NCBI GenBank assembly: GCA_022779365.1
Contig: JALFSI010000015.1
Span: 13,698-77,697 of the forward strand
DNA: 64,000 nt
Reading direction: 5' to 3'
Source of the DNA: Clostridiales bacterium
Lineage (GTDB): Bacteria > Bacillota > Clostridia > Oscillospirales > Oscillospiraceae
How positions within the stretch are numbered: position 1 is the stretch's first letter; every line of letters starts with the position of its first letter. A program made the translations under genes and the position numbers. The notes under the pieces were generated by a model. The model worked only from the letters and a program-made list of their open reading frames with translations, was not told the origin of the DNA and searched no databases. This document shows positions 49,267 to 59,487 of this stretch, one piece after another.

Positions 49267-50172
49267 TTATTTTGCCTGCGCGGTCTTGGCGAAGGCTTCC
49301 ATCTCCGCCCAGGTGGGGATGCTGTCGCACGCGCCGGCGCGGCTGACCGCCAGAGCGCTGGCAAGGCTGGAATTTTCCAGCGCCTGCGGCACAGAAAGTC
49401 CCTTGGCGAGGCTCGACAGGAAGAAGCCGCAGAACGTATCGCCCGCACCCGTGGTGTCCACCGCCTGCACGCGGTAAATACCGTGCGCATAGCGCTCGTC
49501 GCCGCACTGATAGAGCACGCCGTCCGAGCCGACGGTCAGCACGATCGCCGCAGCGGGGAATTTTTCGTGCAGCGTCGCAAGGATGGTCTCATAATCCGTC
49601 GCGTCACAGCCCGACAGCGTGCGCCCCTCCGTCTCGTTGACCAGATAATAGTCCACAAGCTCCAGCGGGTAGCTCAGGATCGACGCCGTGATGGGAGAGG
49701 CGTTGAACGCGACCTTGAGCCCCCTCGCCTTCGCCTGTCGGATGATATAGGGAACGTTATTGACCTCATTTTGCACCAGCATCATGTCGCCCGCGCCGAA
49801 ATGCGCCAGTACGGAGTCGATGTAGTCCTCCGTCAAGCGCGCGTTCGAGCCCGCGCAGACGATGATGCAGTTCTGCCCGTCGGGTGTGACCTGCAAGGCA
49901 GTGTGCCCGCTGGGCATATCCAGCGTCTGCAAATAGTCCAGATGCGCGCCGGAGGCTGCAAGCTGCTCGCGCAGCATCTCCCCGTCCGTCCCGATCGCGC
50001 CCGCATGATAGACCTCCGCGCCCGCGCGCGCAAGCGCCACGGACTGGTTCAGCCCCTTGCCGCCGCAGAAAATATTCATATCCGTGCAGAGGATGGTCTC
50101 CCCCGCGCGCACAAAATGATCCACGCTGTAAACCTTGTCAATATTGAGTGAGCCGAAATTCAGAATGCGCAT
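49267..50172 (-). CDS. rbsK: ribokinase (PfkB family)
   Basis: MRILNFGSLNIDKVY, GGKGLNQSVA and DTTGAGDTFCG motifs. Confidence 0.88.
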   Translation of the reverse strand: MRILNFGSLNIDKVYSVDHFVRAGETILCTDMNIFCGGKGLNQSVALARAGAEVYHAGAIGTDGEMLREQLAASGAHLDYLQTLDMPSGHTALQVTPDGQNCIIVCAGSNARLTEDYIDSVLAHFGAGDMMLVQNEVNNVPYIIRQAKARGLKVAFNASPITASILSYPLELVDYYLVNETEGRTLSGCDATDYETILATLHEKFPAAAIVLTVGSDGVLYQCGDERYAHGIYRVQAVDTTGAGDTFCGFFLSSLAKGLSVPQALENSSLASALAVSRAGACDSIPTWAEMEAFAKTAQAK

Positions 50173-50260
50173 GGCTGCCCCTCCTTTTCGTTATAGGGGT
50201 ATCATATCACGCGCACGGCGTTTTGTCGAGGAGGATTTGTGAGCCCGCAGACACAGCGCA

Positions 50261-50704
50261 CTACAACTGCGTCGCAAGATAATACACGATGCCGTAGAGG
50301 ATGCTCGCGACTGTGCCGTAGACGATGACCGGTCCGGCGATAACAAACATTTTTGCCGCCATGCCGGTCACGAGCCCCTCGGTGCGGAACTCCATCGCGG
50401 GCGAGACGACGGCGTTGGCAAAGCCCGTGATCGGCACGAGCGTACCCGCGCCGGCGTGCTTGGCGATGTCGTCGTACACGCTCAGCGCCGTGAGCAGCGC
50501 GCTGAGAAAGATCAGCGACGCGGACGCCGCCGTCGCTGCAAGATCCTTTTCCAGCCCCAGCGCCTTGAAGCCCGCAAGCAGAAGCTGTCCGAGCGTGCAG
50601 ATCAGCCCGCCCACGCAAAACGCCCACGCCAGATTTTTGAGGCACGGCGACTTCGGCGCAAGCCCCGCGACATATTCGTTATATTCCTTCTTGCTCATTT
50701 GCAA
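50261..50704 (-). CDS. spoVAC: stage V sporulation protein AC
   Basis: Collinear with B. subtilis SpoVAC as remembered: AFCVGGLICTLGQ, GAGTLVPITGFANAVVSPAMEFRTEGLV. Confidence 0.85.
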   Translation of the reverse strand: MQMSKKEYNEYVAGLAPKSPCLKNLAWAFCVGGLICTLGQLLLAGFKALGLEKDLAATAASASLIFLSALLTALSVYDDIAKHAGAGTLVPITGFANAVVSPAMEFRTEGLVTGMAAKMFVIAGPVIVYGTVASILYGIVYYLATQL

Positions 50705-50707
50705 TGT

Positions 50708-50751
50708 AAAAACCCCCTTTTTGGCATAGCTTCTGCCAAAAAGGGGGTTTT
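50708..50751 (-). terminator. strong intrinsic terminator after rplQ (bidirectional form)
   Basis: Stem of about 18 bp, aaaaccccctttttggca / tgccaaaaagggggtttt, with loop tagcttc. Confidence 0.8.
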
Positions 50752-50779
50752 ATACGCAATCGAGTGAGACTAACTAGTA

Positions 50780-51121
50780 TTACACCAGCTCGATGACCGC
50801 CATCTCAGCGGCGTCGCCGCGGCGCGGTCCGATGCGGGTCACGCGGGTGTAGCCGCCGTTACGGTCGGCATACTTCGGCGCGATCTCGCTGAACAGCTTC
50901 TTGGCAACATCTTCCTTGGTGATGTAGCTCAGAGCCTTGCGGTAGGAAGCAAGGGTGTTCTTCTTGCCCAGAGTCACCATCTTTTCGGCGACGGGCTGGA
51001 CTTCCTTGGCTCTGTAAAACGTGGTCTCGATCTTCCCGTTTTCAAACAGGTAAGTGGTCATAGCTCGCAGCATCGCCTTGCGCTGGTCGCTGGTCCTGCC
51101 GAGCTTTCTCGTACCAAACAT
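50780..51121 (-). CDS. rplQ: 50S ribosomal protein L17
   Basis: Sequence recognised ([15 protein letters not shown]...GGYTRV). Position after rpoA. Confidence 0.95.
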   Translation of the reverse strand: MFGTRKLGRTSDQRKAMLRAMTTYLFENGKIETTFYRAKEVQPVAEKMVTLGKKNTLASYRKALSYITKEDVAKKLFSEIAPKYADRNGGYTRVTRIGPRRGDAAEMAVIELV

Positions 51122-51156
51122 GGGGTTTCTCCTCCTTCTTAAAAGGTAATTGCAGA

Positions 51157-52119
51157 TTAGTTGTTGGAATTACCGGAATCGTCGCTCGCAAGGGAAAGCC
51201 CCATCATGGCGAGCTTGTTCTGCACTTCCTCCAGAGACTTTCTGCCCATATTGCGGACCTTCATCATATCCTCGCCGGTTCTGGAAATCAGATCCTCGAC
51301 GTTGTTGATGTTGGCGCGCTTGAGGCAGTTGAAGCTCCGAACCGACAGATCCAGTTCTTCAATGGTCAGTTCAAGCACCTTGTCACGATGCGTTTCGGGC
51401 TTTTCGGACATGGTGGGCTTGCTGGCAACCGTTTCGCTCAGTGCGGTGAACAAGCTCAGATGATCAGACAGGATCTTCGCGCCCAGGCTGACCGCGTCAC
51501 GCGCGGAGATGGTCTGATCCGTCCAGACCTCGAGCGTCAGCTTGTCGTAGTCGGTCATGTTGCCCACACGCGTGTTTTCCACGGTGTAGTTGACTTTGTA
51601 GACAGGCGTATAGATCGAATCGACCGCGATCGTTCCGATCGGCATGGTAGCGCTCTTGTTCTTGTCCGAGGACACATAGCCGCGCCCGTGGCTGAGCGTG
51701 ATCTCCATATTGAAGCTCGCGTCAGGACCAAGCGTGCAGATATGCTGCTCGGGGTTGAGGATCTCGACCTCGCCGTCGGCTTTAATATCGCCGGCAGTGA
51801 CCTCGCGCTCGCCGGTGGCGTCAATGAACACAGTCTTGACGCCCTGGCAATGCAGTCTTGCGATGATCTTTTTCACGTTCAGGACGATCTCGGTGACGTC
51901 TTCCTTGACGCCCGGGATCGTAGAGAACTCATGCTGAACACCGGCGATCTTGATGCTGGTCGCTGCCGTACCCGGAAGCGACGAGAGCAGAACCCTTCTG
52001 AGGCTGTTGCCCAAAGTCGTGCCGTAACCTCTTTCCAGAGGCTCGATGACATACTTGCCGTAGGACGCATCCTCGGCAGAATCCATACATTCGATGCGCG
52101 GCTTTTCAATTTCTACCAT
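51157..52119 (-). CDS. rpoA: DNA-directed RNA polymerase subunit alpha
   Basis: [31 protein letters not shown] and C-terminal domain [14 protein letters not shown]. Confidence 0.96.
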   Translation of the reverse strand: MVEIEKPRIECMDSAEDASYGKYVIEPLERGYGTTLGNSLRRVLLSSLPGTAATSIKIAGVQHEFSTIPGVKEDVTEIVLNVKKIIARLHCQGVKTVFIDATGEREVTAGDIKADGEVEILNPEQHICTLGPDASFNMEITLSHGRGYVSSDKNKSATMPIGTIAVDSIYTPVYKVNYTVENTRVGNMTDYDKLTLEVWTDQTISARDAVSLGAKILSDHLSLFTALSETVASKPTMSEKPETHRDKVLELTIEELDLSVRSFNCLKRANINNVEDLISRTGEDMMKVRNMGRKSLEEVQNKLAMMGLSLASDDSGNSNN

Positions 52120-52197
52120 TTAATAAATACCCTCCTTGTAACTGCGAAACACCGTTTCGCTGCCGAATTCAGCTTACCAATAAACGAGGGTGATACG

Positions 52198-52794
52198 TTA
52201 CTTGGAGTACAATTCGACGATCAGATTTTCTGCGATCTCAAAGTCAATATCGTCTCTGGCGGGCAGTGCAATTACCTTGCCGGAAAGGGTATTCTTGTCA
52301 CGCTCGAGCCACTTCGGGGCTGCGACGAAGGTGTTGTCCTCCTTCATAGCCTTAAAGCGGGTCGTGGCGCAGCTCTTCTCGCTCACAGCGATCACATCGC
52401 CAACGACGGTCTGGTAGGAAGGGATGTTGACGCGCTTGCCGTTAACGGTGAAGTGACCGTGGTTGACAAGCTGACGCGCCTCACGGCGGGTACGGGCGAA
52501 GCCCAGACGGTACACGACGTTGTCGAGGCGGCGCTCAACAAGGCTCAGCAGCAGCTCGCCGGTATTGCCGTTCATACGCTCTGCCTTTTCGTAGAGCATA
52601 TGGAACTGCTTTTCCAGAATACCATAGACGAACTTGACCTTCTGCTTTTCGGTCAGCTGCATGGCATACTCGGACTTTTTCGTTCTTCTCTTGCCGCCGG
52701 GATTGCGGTTGGAATTTTTGCTGTAACCCATCGCAGCAGGAGAGACGCCAAGCGTTCTGCAACGCTTGAGAACAGGCTGTGTATTCTTTGCCAT
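52198..52794 (-). CDS. rpsD: 30S ribosomal protein S4
   Basis: RLDNVVYRLGFARTRREARQLVNHGH motif. Operon context. Confidence 0.95.
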   Translation of the reverse strand: MAKNTQPVLKRCRTLGVSPAAMGYSKNSNRNPGGKRRTKKSEYAMQLTEKQKVKFVYGILEKQFHMLYEKAERMNGNTGELLLSLVERRLDNVVYRLGFARTRREARQLVNHGHFTVNGKRVNIPSYQTVVGDVIAVSEKSCATTRFKAMKEDNTFVAAPKWLERDKNTLSGKVIALPARDDIDFEIAENLIVELYSK

Positions 52795-52818
52795 AGTACT
52801 AATTCTCCTCCTTCCAGA

Positions 52819-53217
52819 TTAAACGCGACGGCGCTTGGGAGGACGGCAGCCATTGTGAGGAATGGGCGTAACGTCCTTGATCATCGTGACCTCGAGGCCA
52901 GCGGACTGAAGCGCGCGGATGGCGGATTCACGACCCTGACCGGGACCCTTGACATACACTTCAACGCTCTTGAGCCCGCAGGCGTCCACAGCCGCCTTCG
53001 CAGCGGTCTCAGCGACCATCTGCGCAGCGTACGGAGTGGACTTTCTGCTGCCGCGGAAGCCGAGTCCGCCGGACGAAGCCCAGGAGATCGCGTTGCCGTT
53101 GGTGTCGGTCACCGTGACCATGGTGTTGTTGAAGGACGAGCGGATATGCACGGCGCCCTTTTCGATCACTTTCCGCTCACGGCGGCGCTTGATAGTTTTC
53201 TTGACAGCTTTAGCCAT
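52819..53217 (-). CDS. rpsK: 30S ribosomal protein S11
   Basis: [16 protein letters not shown]...[14 protein letters not shown]. Confidence 0.95.
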   Translation of the reverse strand: MAKAVKKTIKRRRERKVIEKGAVHIRSSFNNTMVTVTDTNGNAISWASSGGLGFRGSRKSTPYAAQMVAETAAKAAVDACGLKSVEVYVKGPGQGRESAIRALQSAGLEVTMIKDVTPIPHNGCRPPKRRRV

Positions 53218-53232
53218 TGTACATATCCCTCC

Positions 53233-53601
53233 TTACTTCTTCTTATTCGCAATGGTCTTCTTGGGACCCTTGCGGGTGCGTGCATTGGTCTTGGTGCGCT
53301 GACCGTGGACGGGCAGACCACGGCGATGACGCACGCCGCGATAGCAGCCGATCTCAGTCAGGCGCTTGATGTTCAAAGCCACTTCACGGCGGAGGTCGCC
53401 CTCGATCCGATAGTGCTTGTCGATCACTTCACGCAGCGCGGATTCCTGATCCTCGGTCAGATCCTTGACGCGGATGTCGGGATCAACGTTGGCGAGCTTC
53501 AGAATTTCCTGTGCGCTTTTTCTGCCGATGCCGTAGATGTAAGTCAAACCGATCTCGATTCGCTTTTCACGGGGCAGGTCAATACCAGCAATACGTGCCA
53601 T
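53233..53601 (-). CDS. rpsM: 30S ribosomal protein S13
   Basis: [26 protein letters not shown]. Confidence 0.95.
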   Translation of the reverse strand: MARIAGIDLPREKRIEIGLTYIYGIGRKSAQEILKLANVDPDIRVKDLTEDQESALREVIDKHYRIEGDLRREVALNIKRLTEIGCYRGVRHRRGLPVHGQRTKTNARTRKGPKKTIANKKK

Positions 53602-53621
53602 ACTATTCAGAGCACCTCCTA

Positions 53622-53735
53622 TTAACCTTGTCTCTGCTTATGCTTCGGGTTTTCACAAATTACCATTACGCGGCCCTTGCGCTTAATGATCTTGCACTTC
53701 TCGCACATGGGCTTTACGGACGGTCTTACCTTCAT
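53622..53735 (-). CDS. rpmJ: 50S ribosomal protein L36 (not in the ORF track, 37 aa)
   Basis: The reverse complement translates to [37 protein letters not shown] followed by a stop. GGAGG RBS upstream. Confidence 0.93.
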   Translation of the reverse strand: MKVRPSVKPMCEKCKIIKRKGRVMVICENPKHKQRQG

Positions 53736-53766
53736 GTTGTTTAACCTCCATATGAGAATTGAATCT

Positions 53767-53985
53767 CTACTTGCTTCTCCATGTGATTCTGCCTCTGGTC
53801 AGATCATACGGGGACATTTGAACCGTCACCTTGTCACCGGGCAGGATCTTGATAAAGTTCATCCGGAGCTTGCCGGAAATGTGTGCCAGAATGGTGTGTC
53901 CACCGCCAATATCGACCGAGAACATGGCATTCGGCAGTGCATCGGTTACGATGCCCTCAAGTTCGATTACGTCGTCTTTTGCCAA
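53767..53985 (-). CDS. infA: translation initiation factor IF-1 (TTG start)
   Basis: A TTG start at 53985 gives the canonical [11 protein letters not shown] and 72 aa. The track ORF starts two codons earlier, at another TTG (53991). Confidence 0.9.
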   Translation of the reverse strand: MAKDDVIELEGIVTDALPNAMFSVDIGGGHTILAHISGKLRMNFIKILPGDKVTVQMSPYDLTRGRITWRSK

Positions 53986-53991
53986 GATCAA

Positions 53992-54279
53992 TTAACCCCC
54001 TTGGTTTTGACTGTTGAATTTTTGGCTGAATACAGCCAATTCCCTTCGTAATTCGCTATTGAGAACCTTGTCGCCGTTGCGAATCTTCTCGGCGACGCGT
54101 GTATCGGCTTGCAGAACCTTCTGAATATGTTTGCGTTTTTTGCGTTTGGGCGTTTCGAGCTTCCTGCCCTTGCCGTCGGCGATCAGGACGAAGTCCCCAT
54201 CCGTGTCCACCACGAAAAAGAACTGACCCTTATCGCGTCCCGCCAACGAAACAATCATGTCCGATTTGCCAATATCCAT
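53992..54279 (-). CDS. KOW-domain RNA-binding protein (clostridial map-infA spacer gene)
   Basis: 95 aa. Has IVSLAGRDKGQFFFVV (KOW-like) and a basic patch KRKKRKH. Confidence 0.7.
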   Translation of the reverse strand: MDIGKSDMIVSLAGRDKGQFFFVVDTDGDFVLIADGKGRKLETPKRKKRKHIQKVLQADTRVAEKIRNGDKVLNSELRRELAVFSQKFNSQNQGG

Positions 54280-54281
54280 AC

Positions 54282-55037
54282 TCAGCGGTCCTCGCAGACG
54301 GTGAGAATTTCCGGCTCTCCGTCGGTGATGAGTATCGAGTTTTCATAGTGTGCCGCGAGCTTGCCATCGGCAGTTACGGTCGTCCAACGGTCTTTCAGGA
54401 CCTTCACCTCGTAAGTGCCCTGTGTAACCATCGGCTCGATCGCCAGGGTCATGCCTTTGACCATGCGCGGTCCTCTGCCAGGAGAGCCGAAGTTCGGGAC
54501 TTCGGGCTCTTCGTGCATCTGCTCGCCTACGCCGTGACCTACGAAGGCGCGCACCACACCAAAGCCGTGCTGCTCGACATACGTCTGAACAGCGTGACCA
54601 ATATCCGAGATCCGGCAGCCCTGCCGGGCAAAGCGAATCCCCTCGTAAAAACTCTGCTCCGTCACCGAAATGAGCTTTTGTGCCTCGGGAGAAATTCTCC
54701 CACAGGCAAAGGTTGCGGCGCAGTCACCCGTAAAACCTCCCCAGCTCGCGCCCACGTCCACCGAGACGATGTCGCCCTCACGCAGCACCCGGTCGCCCGG
54801 AATGCCGTGGATCACGACCTCGTTGATGGAGATGCAGGTGCTGGCGGGAAAACCTCCATAACCAAGGAACGTCGGTTTCGCGCCCTGTGACACGATATAA
54901 TCATGCACAGCTTTGTCGATCTGTCTGGTCGTAACGCCCGGTCTTACCATTTCGCCTGCCAAAGCACGCGCTGCCGCGGTAATTTTACAGGCCTTGCGCA
55001 TGACCATCAGTTCGCGCTCGTTTTTGACTGGGATCAT
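54282..55037 (-). CDS. map: type I methionine aminopeptidase
   Basis: Metal ligands in VVIHGIP, DVGA, GHGVG and EPMV motifs. Confidence 0.94.
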   Translation of the reverse strand: MIPVKNERELMVMRKACKITAAARALAGEMVRPGVTTRQIDKAVHDYIVSQGAKPTFLGYGGFPASTCISINEVVIHGIPGDRVLREGDIVSVDVGASWGGFTGDCAATFACGRISPEAQKLISVTEQSFYEGIRFARQGCRISDIGHAVQTYVEQHGFGVVRAFVGHGVGEQMHEEPEVPNFGSPGRGPRMVKGMTLAIEPMVTQGTYEVKVLKDRWTTVTADGKLAAHYENSILITDGEPEILTVCEDR

Positions 55038-55038
55038 A

Positions 55039-55671
55039 TTACACTCCCAGCGCCCGCAGGATCTCCGCCGTCGCCGCCTCGATGGGCTGGTCGCCTTCGA
55101 CCAGCTTGAGGATGCCGAGCTTGCGGTAGAAGTCCTTGAGTGCTTCCGTTTCCGTGTGGAACACCTTCAGACGGTTCTTGACCGTTTCGGGTGCGTCATC
55201 CTTGCGGATGACCAGCTCACCGCCGCACAGATCACAGACGCCCTCTTTTTTGGGCGGATTTGCAGCAATGTGGAAGCTCGCGCCGCAGCTGCCGCAGACG
55301 CGGCGGCCGGTCATACGCGCTTCGATCACACTGTCGGCGATCTCGATGGACACAACACAGTCGAAGTGGATACCGGCGTCCTCCAGAGCCTGTGCCTGCG
55401 GGATCGTGCGGGGCACACCGTCCAGGATGTAGCCGTTCGCGCAATCCTCACGGGCTACCCGCTCCCGAACGATGCCAATGATGACATCGTCGGGAACGAG
55501 CTTGCCGTTATCCATAAATTCTTTTGCCTTCAGACCGGTCGGCGTGCCGTTTTTGATCGCCTCGCGGAGAATGTTGCCGGTCGAGATGGTGGGGATGTTC
55601 AGCCTTTTGCTGATGATCTCCGCCTGTGTTCCTTTGCCTGCGCCCGGAGCGCCCAAAAGAATCAGTTTCAT
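55039..55671 (-). CDS. adk: adenylate kinase (zinc-lid type)
   Basis: P-loop GAPGAGKGTQ. Lid contains CGSCG...CDLCGG. Confidence 0.95.
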   Translation of the reverse strand: MKLILLGAPGAGKGTQAEIISKRLNIPTISTGNILREAIKNGTPTGLKAKEFMDNGKLVPDDVIIGIVRERVAREDCANGYILDGVPRTIPQAQALEDAGIHFDCVVSIEIADSVIEARMTGRRVCGSCGASFHIAANPPKKEGVCDLCGGELVIRKDDAPETVKNRLKVFHTETEALKDFYRKLGILKLVEGDQPIEAATAEILRALGV

Positions 55672-55687
55672 GCCAACCCCTCCCGGA

Positions 55688-56962
55688 TTATTCGAGGAAT
55701 CCCTTGTAGTGGCGCATCAGCATCTGCGCTTCCATCGCCTTAACGGTCTCCAGTGCAACACCGACCACGATGATAACGGACGTGCCGCCGATGCCGAGGC
55801 TGTTGTTGCCCAGGATCGTACCCACAATGATCGGGAGCAGCGCAACGATCGCAAGATACAGCGCACCGAAGAGCGTGATTTTGTTGATGACCTTCAGAAT
55901 GAAGTCGGAGGTCGGCTTGCCCGGGCGGAAGCCGGGGATGAAGCCGCCGTTCTTCTTGAGGTTATTGGCGATCTCGATGGGGTTGAACTGGATCGTCGCG
56001 TAGAAGTAGCTGAACGCGATGATCAGCAGGAAGTAGCAGACCATGTATACGACGCTCTTCGTGTCGAACACATAGGTGTTCATCCAGTTCCAGAAGCCAC
56101 TCGAGCCGGTGCCCGTGAAGGCAACGATCGTGGCCGGCAGAGAGGCGATGGACTGTGCAAAGATGATCGGCAGCACGCCGGACATATTGACCTTGATCGG
56201 CAGGTGTGTGTTCTGCCCACCGTACATCTTACGACCGACCACACGCTTTGCATACTGCACGGGGATGCGGCGCTCGGAATCGGTGATGAACACGATGAAC
56301 ACAACGATCGCCAGGATGCCGACGACCAGCAGGACCGACACATACCACTTCATGGAGAACAGGTTGGTCACCAGAGACGGGATGCGGGAGACGATGCCGG
56401 CGAACAGGATCATGGAAATGCCGTTGCCGATGCCGAACTCGTCGATCTGCTCACCCATCCACATCAGGAAGGATGCACCGGCCGTAAACGTCAGGACGAT
56501 GACCAGACCATAGAGGAAGCCGGTCTGCCCTTCATTGAGCAGGTTGTAGTTCTTGAGCATGATGAAGTAGGCAAAGCCCATCAGCAGCCCAAGACCGATC
56601 GTGGAGTAGCGGGTGATGTTTTTGATCTTCTTGCGGCCCTCTTCGCCGCCCTCCTTCGCCAGGCGCTCCAGAGCGGGGATGGCGATGGTCAGCAGCTCAA
56701 TGATGATGGACGCGTTGATGTACGGCTGGATACCGAGGGCGAACACGGTCGCCTGCGAGAATGCCGAGCCGGACATTGCATTGTACAGTCCGAGGACCGT
56801 ATCTGCGAATCTAAGACGGAATGTTTCAGCGAGGAGGTCGATGTTCACATACGGAACCGGAACGCAGCTGCCAAGTCTGTAGATCAGCAGCACGATCAGT
56901 GTGAAGATGAGCTTCTTGCGCAGCTCGGGGATCTTCCATGCGTTACGGAGTGTGGAAAACAC
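55688..56962 (-). CDS. secY: preprotein translocase subunit SecY
   Basis: 424 aa, 10 TM segments. Has GIQPYINASIIIELL and a C-terminal RHYKGFLE-type end. Confidence 0.95.
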   Translation of the reverse strand: MFSTLRNAWKIPELRKKLIFTLIVLLIYRLGSCVPVPYVNIDLLAETFRLRFADTVLGLYNAMSGSAFSQATVFALGIQPYINASIIIELLTIAIPALERLAKEGGEEGRKKIKNITRYSTIGLGLLMGFAYFIMLKNYNLLNEGQTGFLYGLVIVLTFTAGASFLMWMGEQIDEFGIGNGISMILFAGIVSRIPSLVTNLFSMKWYVSVLLVVGILAIVVFIVFITDSERRIPVQYAKRVVGRKMYGGQNTHLPIKVNMSGVLPIIFAQSIASLPATIVAFTGTGSSGFWNWMNTYVFDTKSVVYMVCYFLLIIAFSYFYATIQFNPIEIANNLKKNGGFIPGFRPGKPTSDFILKVINKITLFGALYLAIVALLPIIVGTILGNNSLGIGGTSVIIVVGVALETVKAMEAQMLMRHYKGFLE

Positions 56963-57403
56963 TTACACCACCTCTGCCTTTCCGCCTGCCTTTTCGATCT
57001 TTTCCTTGGCAGACTCGGAGAAGGCGGCCGCCTTCACAGTCACGTTCACGGTAACGCTGCCGTTACCGAGAACCTTCAGACCGTACTTGCAATCATGCAG
57101 GATGCCTTTTTCGATCAGCGCAGCCGCATCGACGACAGCGCCGCTCTCAAAGCGGTTGAGGACGGCAACGTTGATCGCCGTCAGGGGCTTTGCAAAGATG
57201 TTGTTGAAGCCGCGCTTCGGGATGCGGCGAGCCAGAGGCATCTGACCGCCTTCAAAACCGATGCGGAGTTTGCCGCCGGAGCGCGCCTTCTGACCCTTGT
57301 GCCCGCGGCCGCCGGTCTTGCCGTTGCCGGAGCCCGTGCCGCGACCCTTGCGCTTGTCAACGTGGGTAGAACCCATAACCGGAGCAAGTTCATGCAGATT
57401 CAT
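56963..57403 (-). CDS. rplO: 50S ribosomal protein L15
   Basis: RKGRGTGSGNGKTGGRGHKGQKARSG. Confidence 0.95.
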   Translation of the reverse strand: MNLHELAPVMGSTHVDKRKGRGTGSGNGKTGGRGHKGQKARSGGKLRIGFEGGQMPLARRIPKRGFNNIFAKPLTAINVAVLNRFESGAVVDAAALIEKGILHDCKYGLKVLGNGSVTVNVTVKAAAFSESAKEKIEKAGGKAEVV

Positions 57404-57416
57404 CTACTTGTCCTCC

Positions 57417-57599
57417 TTACTGTTCTTCCGTAACCTGCAGCAGGTAGCCGATCTTTGCGATCTTGCCGCGGGTCTGGGTGTTGTCAGGCTGAATGGTCTC
57501 CTGACCGATCTTGCGCAGACCCAGGGAATGCGCAGTGGCAATGTGCTTCTCAAGACGGCCGTTGAGGCTCTTGACAAGCTTAATTCTCAGATTAGCCAT
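57417..57599 (-). CDS. rpmD: 50S ribosomal protein L30
   Basis: MANLRIKLVKSLNGR. ATG 57599 lies 10 nt after AAGGAGG; the track ORF begins at an upstream TTG. Confidence 0.92.
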   Translation of the reverse strand: MANLRIKLVKSLNGRLEKHIATAHSLGLRKIGQETIQPDNTQTRGKIAKIGYLLQVTEEQ

Positions 57600-57614
57600 G
57601 TTCAAAAGTCCTCC

Positions 57615-58133
57615 TTAACCGACGATCTCTTCCACGCTCTTGCCGCGGATGCGCGCCACCTGAGCGGCATCACGCAGGCTCATCAGACCCTGCATCGTCG
57701 CCTTGACGACGTTCTGCGGGTTGTTCGAGCGCAGGCACTTTGCACGAATGTTGGAAATACCGACAGCCTCCATCACCGCACGGACCGCGCCGCCGGCGAT
57801 GATGCCGGTGCCTTCGGGGGCGGGCTTGAGCATCACGCGGCCGGCGCCGAACACACCGATGACGTCATGCGGGATTGTCGTTCCTTCGAGGGTGATCTTG
57901 ACCATGTTCTTCTTCGCGTCGGCGATGCCCTTGAGGATCGCTTCGGAAACTTCGGCAGCCTTGCCCAGACCGTAGCCGACAGTACCCTTGCCGTCACCAA
58001 CGACGACCAGCGCGGAGAACTTCATGACACGACCGCCTTTGACGGTCTTAGAAACACGGTTGAGGTAGACGACCTTCTCGATAAACTCGGGAGCGTTGTC
58101 TTCCTTCGGTGCTCTATCTCTATTGTAAGCCAT
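57615..58133 (-). CDS. rpsE: 30S ribosomal protein S5
   Basis: [25 protein letters not shown]. Confidence 0.95.
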   Translation of the reverse strand: MAYNRDRAPKEDNAPEFIEKVVYLNRVSKTVKGGRVMKFSALVVVGDGKGTVGYGLGKAAEVSEAILKGIADAKKNMVKITLEGTTIPHDVIGVFGAGRVMLKPAPEGTGIIAGGAVRAVMEAVGISNIRAKCLRSNNPQNVVKATMQGLMSLRDAAQVARIRGKSVEEIVG

Positions 58134-58150
58134 TGTTTATCCTCCTCCGA

Positions 58151-58510
58151 TCAGAATTCCAGGCCGCCTTCACGGGCGCCCTCAGCAAGCTCTGCCACAC
58201 GACCGTGATAGATATAACCGCCACGATCGAACACGACAGTGTCGATGCCCTTTGCCTTGGCGCGCTCGGCGACGAGCTTGCCGACCTTGCGGGCGGCTTC
58301 CTTGTTGCCGGTAGCACCTTCAAATTCCTTGTCGAGAGTGGATGCGGAAACCAGAGTCACGCCGTTTACATCGTCGATGACCTGAGCATAGATGTTCGCA
58401 TTGCTGCGATAGACGTTGAGGCGAGGTCTTTCGGGCGTGCCGGAGATCTTGCCGCGCACTCTGGTATGACGCTTCATACGCTGTGCGTTCTTGTCAAAAG
58501 TTTTTACCAT
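58151..58510 (-). CDS. rplR: 50S ribosomal protein L18
   Basis: [24 protein letters not shown]...[12 protein letters not shown]. Confidence 0.95.
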   Translation of the reverse strand: MVKTFDKNAQRMKRHTRVRGKISGTPERPRLNVYRSNANIYAQVIDDVNGVTLVSASTLDKEFEGATGNKEAARKVGKLVAERAKAKGIDTVVFDRGGYIYHGRVAELAEGAREGGLEF

Positions 58511-58527
58511 GATGGCACACCTCCTAA

Positions 58528-59073
58528 TTATTTCTTACCGCCGGCCTTGCCTTCTTTATGGCGAACGACCTCGGTGGTATATTTGATACCCTTGCCCTTA
58601 TAGGGTTCAGGCGGTCTCTTGGCTCTCACGTTCGCGGCATACTGACCGACCTTCTGCTTGTCGATGCCGTGGATGATGACCTTGTTGGGCGCGGGGACTT
58701 CAACGGTGATGCCGTCGATCTCTTCCATCGTGACCAGATGGGAGTAGCCGAGGTTCATCACGAGCTTGTTGCCCTCTTTGCTTGCCTTGTAGCCGACGCC
58801 GTTGATGTCCAGCTCCTTCTTGAAGCCTTCCGTCACACCGACGACCATGTCATGCACCAGCGAGCGAGTCAGACCGTGGAGGCTCTTGTGCAGCTTGTCT
58901 TCCGAGGGACGCTCGACCGTGATGACGGCACCCTCGTGCTTGATGATCATTTCAGGACGCATCGCCTGCGTCAGCGTGCCCTTCGGACCCTTGACGGTAA
59001 CGACATTGCCCTCGGCAATGGTGACCTCAACGCCCGCGGGAACGGTAATGGGCATTCTACCAATTCTAGACAT
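58528..59073 (-). CDS. rplF: 50S ribosomal protein L6
   Basis: [15 protein letters not shown]...GYKASKEGN. Confidence 0.95.
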   Translation of the reverse strand: MSRIGRMPITVPAGVEVTIAEGNVVTVKGPKGTLTQAMRPEMIIKHEGAVITVERPSEDKLHKSLHGLTRSLVHDMVVGVTEGFKKELDINGVGYKASKEGNKLVMNLGYSHLVTMEEIDGITVEVPAPNKVIIHGIDKQKVGQYAANVRAKRPPEPYKGKGIKYTTEVVRHKEGKAGGKK

Positions 59074-59088
59074 TGTTCAATACCCTCC

Positions 59089-59487
59089 TTACCATACAAA
59101 CGCCAGGACTTCGCCGCCGACATGGTTCGCACGCGCAGCCTTGTCGGTCATAACGCCCTTGGAAGTGGAAATGATGGCGATACCGAGACCCTTGAGGACC
59201 TTCGGCAGCTCGTCAGCACCGGCGTACACACGCAGACCGGGCTTGGACACGCGGCGCAGACCGCTGATGACCTTCTCCTTGCCTGCCAGGTACTTAAGCT
59301 GAATGCGGATGATACCCTGCGTGCCGTCCTCGACGATCTCATAGGACTTGATGTAGCCCTCGTCGAGCAGGATCTGTGCGATGGACTTCTTCAGATTGGA
59401 AGCCGGCACATCGACTTTCTCGTGCTTTGCTGTGTTTGCGTTCCGAATACGGGTCAGCATATCAGCAACGGGATCGGTGATTTGCAT
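59089..59487 (-). CDS. rpsH: 30S ribosomal protein S8
   Basis: [13 protein letters not shown]...GGEVLAFVW. Confidence 0.95.
   Translation of the reverse strand: MQITDPVADMLTRIRNANTAKHEKVDVPASNLKKSIAQILLDEGYIKSYEIVEDGTQGIIRIQLKYLAGKEKVISGLRRVSKPGLRVYAGADELPKVLKGLGIAIISTSKGVMTDKAARANHVGGEVLAFVW

Noticed and set aside
51388-57433. 745-aa (51388-53625) and 653-aa (55472-57433) plus-strand ORFs across the ribosomal protein/secY region
   Set aside because: They span several independent, universally conserved minus-strand genes and their intergenic gaps. They are shadow ORFs produced by codon bias.
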